Of a DNA stretch of 64,000 nt, positions 39,100 through 52,129 are shown piece after piece. Position numbers and translations under genes: made by a program. Source of the DNA: Antedon mediterranea (Eukaryota > Animalia > Echinodermata); NCBI RefSeq assembly GCF_964355755.1, contig NC_092674.1, forward strand, positions 22,568,001-22,632,000, read 5' to 3'. The notes beneath the pieces were generated by a model. The model had not been told where the DNA came from, made no database searches, and saw nothing but the letters and a program-made list of their open reading frames with translations. Each line of letters opens with the position of its first letter. Position 1 is the stretch's first letter.

Positions 39100-40260
39100 T
39101 GCTACCGTAGGACAAGAATATAACTTATTGCGAAATGCATTTCCTATTACAAAGGGGTCGCCGTATCTTTTTTCTAACATCTGCTTAGCTTTCGCAAATG
39201 CGAGTAACCTTCCAAGGCTTGTCTGGCAGATCCACCGACATATTTCTTCAGTTAATGTAGTTGTTCAGCTGGAGGGATGCCTCTTTTCTCGATAAACGTT
39301 TCAAGGGCGCTTTTCCAATTGGGTTTTTAAGAGGATCTCCAGTAAATACTGGCGGTGGGAATCTACCTATGTTGAGATGTTTATCTAGACATTCTGCAAA
39401 CGTTAATACCTTTTTCTGGGATTCGGTTTCAGGGATTGTCTTACCATTTATCTGCGATGATTCCATATAAGCCAGCCCAACCTAGTCCTAGTAGCATGTG
39501 GTCAATTTGGTGGTCCAGTAATAGTTTCTAGTACTACTACTACTTCGTTTCCGATTAACTGGCCAATTCCCGCGTCAATATTCTTCACTGTTATATCTTT
39601 AGGTGTGGCAACATCTTCGCTGATTGGGATGTGTCTGCTTGAAAACCGGAAGTATGTTCTTAGTAGGCCTATAGGCGACTGGTAACTCCGACCACCTTCC
39701 TTGACTATCTAGTCTGCTGATTACCAATCCCTTTATGGTTTGTGTAGTCATAGTACAGTATGTGCATTTCCTATTGTTGTGTTATATATAGTTATACTTA
39801 GTTTGGCCCGTTTTCCCTCGACTCCTGTTTTGTGAAGTAGCTCATCTTACTGATATAAATAATATGCTGCTTCTCGGATCAAAGAAGGCGTATGTCTTGA
39901 TCGGCTGACTCCCAATTCTCGCTATAACCTTCAATGGTACAATCGCGAGAGTACATTGGCCTCTTGTTGAACAGGCTGATTCAACGTTCGGCGGCTATTT
40001 GGCAATCGAATCTCTGTGTAGTGATGCGGGGTCAGCTCCCTTGCAAGTCTTACATTCGATCCGTTGCCTGCATTCCTTGCTGCGGTGTCCTACACAGAGA
40101 CAGCCAAAGCATGCTCTTGACTGTTTCAGAAACTTGATTTTACAGTAGTTTCTCTAGCCAGCCCATCAAACTTGATGTTTTCAAGGTTTCTTTGCAATAA
40201 ACGCAACTAATATCTTCCTTGAGGAGGGAAATCGTTGTTTCGATTTTGTTTAGATTGTTT
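39100..40260 (-). mobile_element. BEL/Pao gag fragments interrupted by a solo LTR
   Basis: PPVFTGDPL..LEKRYGDPFV (DUF1759-like) at 39.1-39.5 kb; RACFGCLCVGHRSKECRQRIECKTC at ~40.0-40.15 kb. Confidence 0.75.
39589..39929. mobile_element. Putative solo LTR
   Basis: TGTTATA ... TATAAC(C) inverted termini; flanks ttcac / ttcaa resemble a TSD. Confidence 0.5.
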
Positions 40261-40449
40261 TACGTATTGATTGTTTGTCACTATCTGTTGATGTACAGTA
40301 GTGTGTTCTGTTCGGTTTGTCTTTGTACATTTATATTCTTATTTACATTCTGTTGAAGTATCAAGTTATGATCGGTTTGTTGTTGAACATTTACAGTATA
40401 TGTTCATTTAGTTGTTGACGTCTTTTATTTATCTGTTCATTTCGTCGTT

Positions 40450-41470
40450 GTTGTTGTTGTTGTACATCGTTTACTTCTAAAGTTGGTGACATTTCAGGTG
40501 TTTCTTGTTGTTGTATAGCTGAATCTGAATACCTTGTGCCTTAACGTACGTAACGTATAACTGGACTGCCTTGGATAGGATATGAATGTTGAGCACATAA
40601 AGAGATAGGCATAATTCTTTCAATCTCCGAGTCAGCTTCTCTGGAAGCTCTAGAAAGAAAATCATTCAAAGGAATGTCTTCTCCCTACTTATAATTCAAA
40701 GTAAAACTGTATTCAATTTCTCAAGCAACCTACTTCAATCTATGTGTTCACAGTATTAATCAAAGAAGTGTGGTCAACATAAGCATCAAATTCTCTATCA
40801 AAAAGGGTATTTTTAAAACCTGTGATATTGATAAGAAGACCAAAAAGTTCTAATTCACTAACATAATTGTTGACTGCTGCAGGTGGCAATCGTTTGGAAT
40901 AATAAGCAATTATACATTCTTTACCACTAGATCTTGTGTCAGATAAGAACCAGTAGCAATTCGTGACTATCTAAATATCTATCATATCTACCAAAATCTA
41001 CCATTCGGCTGTGGTGTAATTACAATTTGTGGCTCCACTAATAAACATTTAATTTTATTAACGGCTTCTTGATGTTCAGATGTCCATAAAAATTGTGCAC
41101 CCTTTTTGACCTTTGCAAGAATATTTAAATCTAATAATTTTGTTAACTCTGTGTCTATTAACTTCTCTCAAACGGTGTGTGATCTGTTAGATCGAAACCA
41201 GGACATGTACCTAATTCACTATAAAGACTAAAGGATTGTCTATTTCGAAGAAACGTTGTTTTTCTACATCATTTAAATCACTATCTTTAAGAACAATTTG
41301 ATTATAAATTATTTCTATATCAGTATAATCTAACCGTGAATCGTCGGGTTGAAGATGAGGATATTTGTGCAAATTGTAAATCGGCGCATAACTGAGGTTT
41401 AAGGTCGTCTATTGAATTAAAAGTTTTTCCTTCGATCCATAACCTATCGGACCCTATCAAAGTGCGTTTA
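40450..41470 (-). mobile_element. Gypsy pol fragments (RT-RNase H connection, RNase H, integrase piece)
   Basis: KKGAQFLWTSEHQEAVNKIK, IIAYYSKRLP, SELELFGLL, FDAYVDH. Confidence 0.75.
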
Positions 41471-42339
41471 AACAATTTAACTACCTGTAAAAGTGCGGCA
41501 TTATCACCCGGTGCTGCTAAGGCATGCGCTTCTAAAGCTAAGAAAGTGTGCAGCGCATAAATCGTAATTAATTATAGCGCCATTGAAACGCGCTGGTAGA
41601 AAGTCGGTTTGGCGTAATTGCACTGCCATGCTAGCTTACGATGATCAATGTATTTAAAAAAAAAATTGTTTGTTCCAGTTACCCAATCGAATTACAGTAC
41701 TATAATAAGATTCCAACAATGGGCCTATTCATATAAGGCTAATAGCATATAGCCATCCTGACCTAGATCAAATGAAGGTTGATCATAATAATAATATAAA
41801 GAACAAATCATATATCACTATCCAAAGTGTTTGTTGAGAGTTTCATAAACGAAAACACAAAATTGAAATAATTATCAGCTGTTTTAAATCAAATCCAAGA
41901 AATAAGTTGTTGATCCAGACAGTAAATATTCAATCAAGTAATAAACATTAACCATGATAAAGGCATACAAATAAAAATCGTAAAAATACTGTAGTTTTCG
42001 TGAACCTGTAAACATATAATTAAAAGTGCCTCTGCAGCTTTTTGGTTTTTGATCGTGGCGAATCTTGGACTATGATTTCTCGATAGAATTTGTTCTTTCT
42101 CTCTTCATCTTTCTTCGACCTCTTCTAACTCTCTGATCATTCAATCTTGGTTGTATCGCGTTGATGGGCACTTATGGTACTGGTAGTACATCTGTCTCAT
42201 GAAAACGTAGTACTTGATTTGCAGCATCGATTCCTGGTGCTGGCGGAGGAGTATCTGGAAGTACAATTACTTAAAACATATTTGATGTTTTTTTTTTAAT
42301 GTTTTGATTAAAATTGAAGTTTTAGGGTATAATTAAAAA

Positions 42340-42800
42340 ATTGACCAAAACTATGCGCAAGTGCTGGAGCTGAGCAAATACTTCAGGTGATGTTCATTCT
42401 TCATTCGTACACTTGATGCTGAATTGGTAGTGGCCCTTGATGCAGTGTTTGTTCATAAATGATATCTGTGTCTAGTCTTCGAAAACTTGTTTGATTTTGA
42501 TGAATCCAGCATCATTTCAAGTTCAAAATCTGGATCTATCTTTTTCTACTGGCGGCCTAGCTTTAGCATATATTCTTTTTATGCAGCATGGAAAACCTTG
42601 ACAAGTTCACATTTCAGTTGCAGACGGAATTATACATTTCCAATGAGGATGTTGGCTTATTGTATCTTGTATTGCCTCTTTGAGAATCGTTTCTTTTTTG
42701 TTAGTTCCCTTCTTTTACCTTCTGTTCCATTGCCATTGTTGCAGTTTCTATTCTCGTAATGCCGATGCCATGAAGAGCCATATTGAGATTTGGATTTTTC
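42340..42800 (-). mobile_element. Degenerate DNA transposase fragment (Zator-like)
   Basis: LNMALHGIGITR and FMNKHCIKGHYQFSIKC in broken frames; family assignment from memory. Confidence 0.4.
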
Positions 42801-43019
42801 CAACTAGGTTGTGATGAGGTTTGAACTAATATTAGAAAGATTAAACGAGACTTACATGTAAGTTGAATATTTTATAAATATGTGAGTGAGGTGTAAACTG
42901 AGATCTCAATGCACGCGCGCACCCTCATACTTCAAATCAAACCAGAGTAAGTAAATTTGCAACGATAAGTATGTATTATGACAACTGCATTGTTCTATAT
43001 AATTCTTTTACTTGGGGTG

Positions 43020-43765
43020 GGTTAGTCGGGCATTTTATATTCTTATCCAGGATAGAGCAATGATGGAATCCGACAGAAAGACACAGCCTTATTAAACTTC
43101 ACAGACATATCTTTAATCACAGACGCATTCCATCTTGTCGCTATAACAAGCTGCCTGTAATTCCAGTCTCGGTACAGTCAAAGTTTTAAGCGGTGTAACG
43201 CGTGACTTCTTTGTCAGTAACCTCACACCAACTGAACTATCATGCATTATCCGTCTCGTAATGCAGCTTCAGACGCATCACGGAATATTACTACTACTAA
43301 TACTACTACTGTTTCAACATCTGGTTCGGGAATCAAGCACCTCATGAATCTAACACCATGCAATCTCTTAATTTCAGCAAAGAACGTAACCCACTTGGCT
43401 GTCTCCGCAACACTCAACTCACCATCCCGATCGACTCCAGTCGCCCAAAGACGCTGCATCGTGATCTTAGCTCGAATTAAGAATGTCCCTGCAAATCCGA
43501 TAGGATCAAAGGTCTTAGATATTTCGCTTAATGATGTTCGCTTAGTAAGTTTAACATTAACATAGTCCTGTTCCACCTTGTACTTAATCACATCGGTTCT
43601 CAGTTCCATACAACACCCAGTACCTTTTGCTCGTCATCAGTCATGACACATTGCTCAGAATAATCCTGGTCTCCATTCAGATGAATGTTTTTCTTGGCGT
43701 AGTGGCATTTTTCACCAGAGCTGTGATTGCCATGGATGGCGCTGACTTATCACATGGCGTCACTA
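43020..43765 (-). mobile_element. BEL/Pao pol fragment (post-RT and RNase H region)
   Basis: LTKRTSLSEISKTFDPIGF, IFRDASEAA, KSRVTPLKTLTVPRLELQAA. Confidence 0.85.
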
Positions 43766-43768
43766 TGG

Positions 43769-45512
43769 TCAGTACGTACGTGTCAGGGGTACGTTGTTCA
43801 AAATGCAAACCAATTCGAGTGGTCGGGTGGTTATTATATTACTTAGAGGATCTCTAGCCTTGGGTTTTGGGGTCTTTCTAAGCACACATCTTTCACATAT
43901 ATTGATGTTTTCGCGGACCTCTCCTCTTAATCCTGGCCAGAAACAACTCCGTGGGACTAAATCGAGAGTTCTTTCAAAGCATTGATGACCCATTATATCA
44001 TGCGACTGTCGAATTAATTTCATCCGGGCAGTAACTGGTAATATATAACGTGTGTGTTGAGATTGGGACTCGGGATCATCAAATACCAGCACTCCATTGT
44101 CGAACTTTAGATTATTCCATTTTGATAAAATATTCCGTACTTGCCGAGATTCTTGTCGCATACGCCGATAACTTGGCTTATCCCCACTCTCGAGTAACGT
44201 TATTACTCTGAAAGTGATCTTGTGTCTTCTCTGTTCCCGTTTAATTTCTTCATGTGGCAAAGATACCCGTAGGGCTGTCCCATTATTATTGATAATGTGT
44301 GAATTATTTGACGGTGGTAATAAAAACCTTTCTTCCGTATCTTCTCGTCGTACACAGTTACCTAATACATCCTTCACTGTTTCGCATGGAATTCTCGATA
44401 GTGCATCGGCGGTTGTCATGTCGTGTTTACGTCCGGACGATATATAATGTTGATATTGCATTGTGAAAGGTCGTTGAACCATCGTTGACCATGAGCGTCT
44501 AGTTTTTCTTCCCCCAATACATAAGTTAAAGGATTGTCCATACACATAATCTCGAAACTTTTCAGTCGCCGCTAATTTATGCGCTGAGTATCTCTTCTCT
44601 GAATCTGATAATGACCGACTGACAAATGCGATCAACCTCTCTTTGCCATTCTGGACCTGTGCCAGAACTGCACCCAGACCGTCAATAGAAGCATCGGTTT
44701 GTAAGATGAAAGAAAGTGTTAAATCTGCATAAGCTAGAATAGGAGCGGACTTGATGTTATCACGAATTGTTTCGAAGCTGTGTTGTGCGTCCGAGTTACA
44801 TTGAAATGGCGTTGTATACTGTTTCCGTTGCTTACCGCCTTTAGTACGTCTTGTGTTGCCTTTAAGAAGATTAAATAGAGGTCTGGAAGCGGCGTACCTC
44901 TTTTCTACCGTTCGGAACCGGCCAGTTCTCTACCGCTGCTACTTTTTCTGGGTCGGTTGTCACTCCATCTGCTGAAACACTATGTCCAAGGTATTGAACT
45001 TCTTTCTTGAATAATTTACAGTTGGACCTCTTCAGCTTAAGGCTATGTGTACGGAGCCTATCAAACACTTTTTGAAGCTTCTCTTCGTGTTCTTCAACCG
45101 TTTTACTAAACACAATTATGTCATCTAGATAGAGTAGAATGTCGGTCAAATTAAGATCGCCAAAAACAGTATTCATCAGCAGACGCTGAAGAAACGTGGC
45201 AGGTGCGTTCTTGAGTCCAAACGACATCTTGGTATATTCAAACAAACAAAGGGTGTAGTGAATGCCGTCTTGTGCTGATCATTATGGTTCATTTGGATTT
45301 GGAGATACCCCGACGTTAAGACAAGACTTGAGAAATATTTTGCGTTGGCAAGAGAATCAAGGCTTTCTTCTATCCTCGGTAATGGAAAAGCGTCCCGTAC
45401 GGTTTGTGAGTTTAACTTACAGTAGTCGACGCATAGATGCATACTTCTTCCATCCTACTTCCGAACTATGACAATCGGCGAAGCAAATGGACTCTGACTC
45501 GGTCGGATGATT
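43769..45512 (-). mobile_element. Gypsy pol (RT, RNase H, integrase Zn finger), degenerate
   Basis: LCVDYCKLN, FGLKNAPATF, YLDDIIVFS, YLGH, QTDASIDGLGAVL, IAFVSRSL, ADALSR, H..MGH..CERC. Confidence 0.93.
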
Positions 45513-45514
45513 CC

Positions 45515-47300
45515 AGATTCGTTTCAAAATATTATTATTCACCTTTACCTTGACACTTCTTACTTTATCATCTTTACTAGTTTTAACAACAATTACTCGA
45601 CCCATCGGTCATTTACCACGAGGAGATTTTACTTGTTGATTCAAGTTTTTACGAACCGACTTTATAAAGCGTTCCCGGTATCCACCGAAGTGACTTGCAT
45701 TAGCTGGATTGAACTTCCATTCAACGAAGTTTGGAACGTTGCTTAACCACTCCTTGAAGACCTTTATTTCGGATTCTTGCAATTCTTCATCCCATTGAGA
45801 CCTTCGTTTACAAACAGCTTGAAGTAAAGATTTAGCATACAGAATAAAGGGAGATGCAAACCAAAACCCCAATGGGTCGTAAATAGAACTGGTTATTGCT
45901 GCCAGTAGGCCTCGTCTAGTCATTGGTTTGGCAGGTAAGTTTACATCAAATTTGAATACATCAAGCTCTGCATCCCATGACACCTTAGGTTTCAATGGTT
46001 TTCGATCAGTTAATTCGTGCATAAGCGCGTTAAGAACCATGTCGTGTTGGCCAAACTGTCTCTTGAGAATAGCAGCCTTCGCTTGCGCGTAACCTTCCTT
46101 GCCAGGAAGCATCGCATAGCATTCAATGCAGTTGCGCGCTTTGCCTTTGGACATTTGTATTAAGTATTGCAAGCGTGTTGCGTCACTACTTAATTTACAT
46201 TCAACGTTGGTTTCAAAGTTAAATATGAAGGAATAAAATTCCACTAGGTTACCATGGGAGTCAGAAAATTGTGCTTTGGGTAACTCTAAAGCCAGTTTAA
46301 TTTCGTTAAAACCACTCAGGCTATCTTGATTGATATTACAACTACTGATTGGGGTGGGTTCTGCTCTGTTAGCATTAGAATTACTATTAATATTACCCTC
46401 ACACAATGATGCGTTATTGTGAAGCACCAGATTGTGAAGCATCTACCTGTCCGACATTCTCGGATTCAACATTACCATGATCAGAGCCCTCATCAGGGTC
46501 TGATCCTACATCACTATGTTCAGAACCCTCATCAGGAGGGCCTGACCTAACATTACTATGTTCAGAACCCTCATCAAGAGGGCCTGGCCTAACATTACTA
46601 TGTTCAGAACCCTCATCAGGAGGGCCTGACCTAACATTACTATGTTCAGAACCCTCATCAGGAGGGCCTGACCTAATATCACTATGTTCAGAACCCTCAT
46701 CAGGAGGGCCGCCTGACCTAACATTACTATGTTCAGAACCCTCATCAGGAGGGCCTGACCTAATATTACTATGTTCAGAACCCTCATCAGGAGGGCCTGA
46801 CCTAACATTACTATGGTCAGAACTCTATAGCCTGGCATCGCCATTGTCACAGCCCTCATTAGGGTCTGACCGTACATTATTAGTGGCATGTCCACCAGTA
46901 TATGTGGCATACCTGATAGCCGCAGTACGTGCTTTCCAGAATGTTGCGTGGCACTCGACCATCCATGTTTCCAATACCTCGGCTTCCTCGTCGTCCGCCA
47001 TGTCGTTAAGTTTGTTTGCGATCATTGTATTAAGCAGCCGTGTACGTGTAAGTGCCCCTTTCAGCGTCCTCCTCTGCCGCAGCAGGTCTGTTCTATCATC
47101 TCGTGTCGACATCTTGAGCGTGAATCACTCACTGTAGCGTGTTGAAACAATTATACTTCACAGCAACTTTCAACCCTCAGTAATAATCATCCAAGCTTAT
47201 AGTGTACCACATAAAACGACGCAAAACAACAAACCACTTTGAGATTACAACATTTATTATGTGTCTAAATAAAGAACAACATAGTAAGAAACCTAAATCA
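45515..47300 (-). mobile_element. BEL/Pao element condensed by several internal deletions (LTR/leader remnant, gag, post-RT region, integrase, C-terminus)
   Basis: gag start MSTRDD; RLQYLIQ..GY..A..IL..QFG; MTRRGLL..IYDPLG; WKFNP..SHFGG.RER; WPMGRV..KVRSVKVK. Confidence 0.85.
46476..46875. repeat. 42-bp minisatellite (~8-9 units) within BEL gag
   Basis: Unit gacctaacattactatgttcagaaccctcatcaggagggcct repeated head to tail without spacers. Confidence 0.95.
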
Positions 47301-47509
47301 CTATAGAGCATTGGAATTGTGAATCATTGATAACAGCTTTTGTATGTATTTTTTTGTATGGTATTTAGCCACATGGCATGACTCGCATAACAATTCATTT
47401 CAGCACACATATTTGTTACAATTTTAGTGATGTATGGACAGTGTTTTATTCTCAAGTCTTGTATTAACTGATTCTTACAACATAGTTATGGAGCTATTTT
47501 TTACACAGT

Positions 47510-49030
47510 TAATATATTTTATTTTAAATTTATTTTCTGTAGTAGAAAATCTGTACTGCCGTCATCCATGCGCTGGAGTGCTAACTATACAGATGATATC
47601 CTGAATTGGGACGTAATACTCATTTGCTCGTTGATTTGATGGCCAAGATCTGCCCATGAACTTAACATGGACATCATTGTTCTCCTTAGATCGTTCATCA
47701 ATTGTTCTGATTATACCACTCATCATATATACATGGTATGTATTTGCCTGGTTGGTACACGTTTGATAAAGGTGTCTGGTTATCAGTGTCTAGTGCAGAT
47801 GGTTTTGCATGGGTAGTTAAATAATTGTACTGCATTTATCATCAGTCGACAGCCTTCGCATCTCTAACTTTAATTGAAACTTAACTTAATCAGAAATTGG
47901 CACAAAACTATGATGTGATCTCGTACCAGCAATAGTCTTAGACAAAGCGTATTTTGTATCCAAGTCATTCTTTTCTATTTAATTGAATGTGTTCATCTGT
48001 TACGAAGAAAAACTTTATTCCTTGAATATGGTCGCAAACCCATCTGTACATATCATCAGCTGTTAATATTTGTTTGGTCTCTGTTGCTTGCAAGCTTGCC
48101 CTCGCTACTAGACGCTTCGTGATACCACATATACTATCACATGTGCTCTTCTCATGGCTTGTTGCAAATAAAATGCCATTATGCATGCAAACCATGATCC
48201 TTCTTATGGAAACACATATTTATTTGTATAGTTCTTGTATTGGCTGGCTGCCCCATCGCTAAAATATACAATTTTCTTTATATGAGGCAAGACATCTTTT
48301 ACATGTGAAAGTAGTAATGACAGCATGTACAGTTGATGTTTCATGATTTAATGAATCCGAGATGACGTTTCCGAAGATGAGCAGATTGAGATTTTGTGAT
48401 GTAATGATGTTGCCAAAGTCGATCAAATGCTTCAGCTACCTGCTCTATAAATTTAGGTAGTGGAAGTTGGAGCGTAGCAATAGTTCTATCTGTATTTATC
48501 CATTGCTTAAATGTTATCGTTTCTTCGAAATCAATTTCATTTTTAGTAAATGTATTGGATAAGACCTCTACAATAGCATCCTTCCCTGGAATTTGTCACA
48601 CACTGGCATCATGCAATCTCTGTCTTCAACACTGCGTACGATTTTTGACAGGATCCTGGTATTCTAATCGACCAGGAATTGTTGATACTAAATGTTTAAC
48701 ATTTTGATGAATTTGGCACACACATACAGTGCATACCTCTGCTATTTACCGATACACACCCTTTTCGACGAAGTTCACAACATTTTGAGAATCCAATTTT
48801 GTCATCTGGGTTTTTTATCTTATATAATTATTATAGTTCTTTTAAATTGATAAGAATTAAACCTTTTTGCTTCTGAACATTAATTCTAACAGAAACACAT
48901 TTTTTGTTTGTTCTGGGCACCTTGAATACTCATCCGACTCTTAACCACTCGCTGAACAACTTGTGTAGAAAGAACCTTTCTTTTTCGGGTGCAGGTACTG
49001 CTAAGATCCCTTTGGTCTTTTTAGTACCCT
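47510..49030 (-). mobile_element. Degenerate DDE transposase (Sola-like)
   Basis: VYFSDGAASQYKN, FATSHEKSTCDSICGITKRLV, CVCQIHQNVK, QKQK..ILINLKELY, IAGTRSHHSFVP; many frameshifts. Confidence 0.7.
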
Positions 49031-49189
49031 GGCGGTCTATGTAGTGGGTCCAAGTATTATAATTAGTGTTCTTAGAATTGAACGCTTAGTCCATATCGGT
49101 CCGGTTGTACGCGTTGACGATGGGGATATCGCGGTTCATTCACGACCGGTATCGGTGGTGCTTGTTTATCATCTGATTGTATTTGACTC

Positions 49190-50505
49190 TCGGTAGGGTG
49201 ATCGTTCAGTCGATTGAGATGACGGCGATTTCTACGTAGAGTTCCAGTGTCCGTTTGTATGATGTAGAACCTTGGGTCGATGCGTTCTCTACTTTGTGAA
49301 TAAATGCATCATGCTTTGGGTTCACTTCTGTTACGGGTGCTCGTGAAAGCGTATCCGCAGTGTACAGGTGGTATTTACCTGATACGTGAGTGATGGTGTA
49401 TGAAAATCGCATAAGTCGCATGCGGAATCGTATGCGTGCTGGCAATTCATCGATGCATTTAGAGCCCAGAAGTGAAATTAGCGGTTTGTGGTTGGTTTGG
49501 ACGTGAAAGCGTAATCCAACAAGATATTGTGCAAATTGTTTGCATGCCCAAGTTGTAGCCAGCGCTTCATTTCCGATTTCCGCGTATCGTTGCTCGGTTG
49601 GTGACATCGCTCGTGAAGCATATGCTATGGGTTTGTAGCTTCTAGTTCCTGCAAGATAACAACGCCGAGGCCATATGCGCTTGCGTCTGCAGAAACAATA
49701 GTTTTGTAATAGCCTAGGAAGTTTTCCGACGTCAAACTCCTTTTAATTTCTTTGAACGCTTCCTTCTGTGGTGTTGGGCGTGGGACACTGTTTTGAACTA
49801 ACAAGTCTCTGATGGGCTTTGTTTTCTCGGCAAGGTTGGGGAGGAATTTCCCTAGTTGGTTAATTCCGAGTAAGCGGCGAACTTCGGAAACATTTTTAGG
49901 TTCGGCCATTTTTGCGATAGCGGACATTTTTTCTGGGTCTGGCGTGACGCCATCCGTTAATAATAATAACAGGATTTTTATAGCGCACATACCACTCAAG
50001 AGTGCTCAAGGCGCATGTTGTTACTTTTAAAAAAGGCGATACAACTTTTAACAATAGAATCTCCCATTAAACAAATTCAATAATAAATGGCATGTGATAC
50101 AACATCAACCACTTGGTTGGTAAGGATATAATTGCATTACATTGTTAGGCAGTGTTTACAGTAATTATCATTAATCGATAGTTCTCCTCATTTTCCAAAT
50201 CTTGTGTCGTGATATTCTTCCATTGTTTTTACTCTCTTCATATTTACTATCGAGTCTCTTGGTTCATATCTTTTTCCAAGTTTATTTATAGTCTTTTAAT
50301 TCTGTCAAAAGTTTGAGAACTGTCACTTGAAATCCGTTTATGACATGTCCAAGGAATTTGATCGAGAATGTAGAGATCTCATATTTAGATTCGTTTAGTG
50401 TAATGCCCGCTTCCCGTATTTTGGCGGTAACGGCACGCATATTTTTGTCGTGGTCTTCCTGATCGTTTCCGTATACGGGAATGTCGTCCATCCATCCATC
50501 CATTT
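49190..50505 (-). mobile_element. Gypsy pol fragments (RT, RNase H) split by an insertion at ~49958-50330
   Basis: WMDDIPVYG, IKFLGHVI, DGVTPDPEK, ADASAYGLG, EALATTWAC, TNHKPL, ADTLSR. Confidence 0.9.
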
Positions 50506-51009
50506 AAAAACATTACTCGTTTTTCTATCATTGCAATGTGATCAAGCAGATTCGTATTCATATTACAGTATTACGGTACTTACTACTGTGACTGGATACT
50601 AAGAACATTAATTAAAACAGTTCAAGACAGTAAACACTGCCAACATACAGTATATTTATCCTCATAATTCAGTATACCATGTATCCAAATGGTAAATAAT
50701 TTTAATAACATGTCATGTACCAATTATTACATTAACAATACAGTCTGTATTTTAACTCCAAGGCTAATTACTTACAATACACCAGTTCAACATAAACAAC
50801 TGATAACATCCTTTTATAACTATAACTCATAAATGTTCATGAATCCTGGAAACGAAGAGCTTGGGAGCTAGGTGAATTCTCTTAGCAAATGGTCTATTTC
50901 ACCAAAATCTAAGTTCTTAATATTAATTAAATAGCATAGTTAGCATCAATAAAGATATTACAGTACTTCATTCTCATATTTATACTAATGATAGACAATA
51001 TAGACATAT

Positions 51010-51495
51010 AGTCAGTTTCTGATCCCACGTAACCCCTAGTACCTTTTGTTCTTTTAAGATCGTCTCATCTTTCAGCATCACATAGACATCCATCCTTTTA
51101 CTTTGAAACCTCCTTGTTCTAACACTACATCAATATCGTTAGAAAGTTTCTTGGCTTCCATCACATTTTTTGTTGATGAGCAGATGTCGTCCATATAGGT
51201 GTCTTCATTAAGCGTTCTAGCTGCTTTTGGATATTTATCTGAACCTTCAACTGCAGTCTTCCTTAGGACAGTTAGTGCCATTGCTGGTGCATGCATATCA
51301 CCGAATGTAACAACTTCTTTCATGAATATGACTGGTTCTCGTTGTTCATACTTCCTCCATAAGAAGCGGTGAACATGTTTGTCTTGCTCTGGAATTGACA
51401 ATGTCGGCTGATACAGCTACAGGATACTGTCTGAATCTTATCAAATACCCCGAACATGTCATTCAGAAGATCTGGGCCCTTCTGCCAGTATTCAT
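51010..51495 (-). mobile_element. BEL/Pao RT fragment
   Basis: KGPDLLND, HRFLWR, VTFGD, TYMDD, GGFKVKGWMS, KVLGV.WD. Confidence 0.88.
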
Positions 51496-51930
51496 TGACA
51501 TGTTCTAGCCCACTCATAGCTGACCCCAGGCAAAATAATACCCAAAGCTCTACGTTGAATTCGCTCCAATTGCTTACTCTGAGATTCGTTAACACAGGTT
51601 CCCCGAACTGGAACCGCGTATTCTAAAACGGGGCGGATAACAGCTGTAAAAAAGCGTACCAACACCATATGACAAACTCCAGATCTACTTAGTCGTTTAA
51701 GAAAATACAGCCTGGTATTACATTTAGAAACCATCCACTTGGGTCTGCCAAGACAAGTCATTGGAAATATTCAAACCTAAAAGCTTATATGAGTTAACAT
51801 TATTAATAGTAGTAGTCATTAATGATAAGGGGATCAAAATTGGATTTAATAGATTTACAGCTTATAAGCATTTCCACTGTTTTATTCGAATTGATAACCA
51901 TATGATTTTCAATAGTCATCCTTGAATGTG
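51495..51930 (-). mobile_element. CR1/L2-group LINE RT C-terminal fragment
   Basis: RLYFLKRL..FFTAVIRPVLEYAVPV..LERIQRRAL. Confidence 0.8.
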
Positions 51931-52129
51931 TAGTACTCACGGACATCCCCACTAAATATTGGTAAGCTTCTCCATTCTCGGTTTCAACCTCATTTGAACA
52001 GGTGACTGACTTGGTGAATCCAGTATGTTTTCGTGGAGATCATTCTCCGGATTTGATATTGTTGAAGGCAAGTTGACTAAAGTAGGCGGTGATCGGTTCG
52101 TCCCGCAACGGTATCCGCACTGGCGGTGG

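Noticed and set aside
46506-46830. Tandem hammerhead-like motif CUGAUGAG..GAAC on the - strand of the minisatellite
   Set aside because: It lacks the required GAAA, stem II is not credible, and the sequence is explained by gag codons (PDEG).
46476-46875. Possible CRISPR array
   Set aside because: Units are contiguous with no unique spacers, there are no cas genes, and the context is eukaryotic.
46506-46910. 134-aa hydrophobic repeat ORF as a novel protein
   Set aside because: It is an alternative reading frame of a 42-bp repeat within gag.
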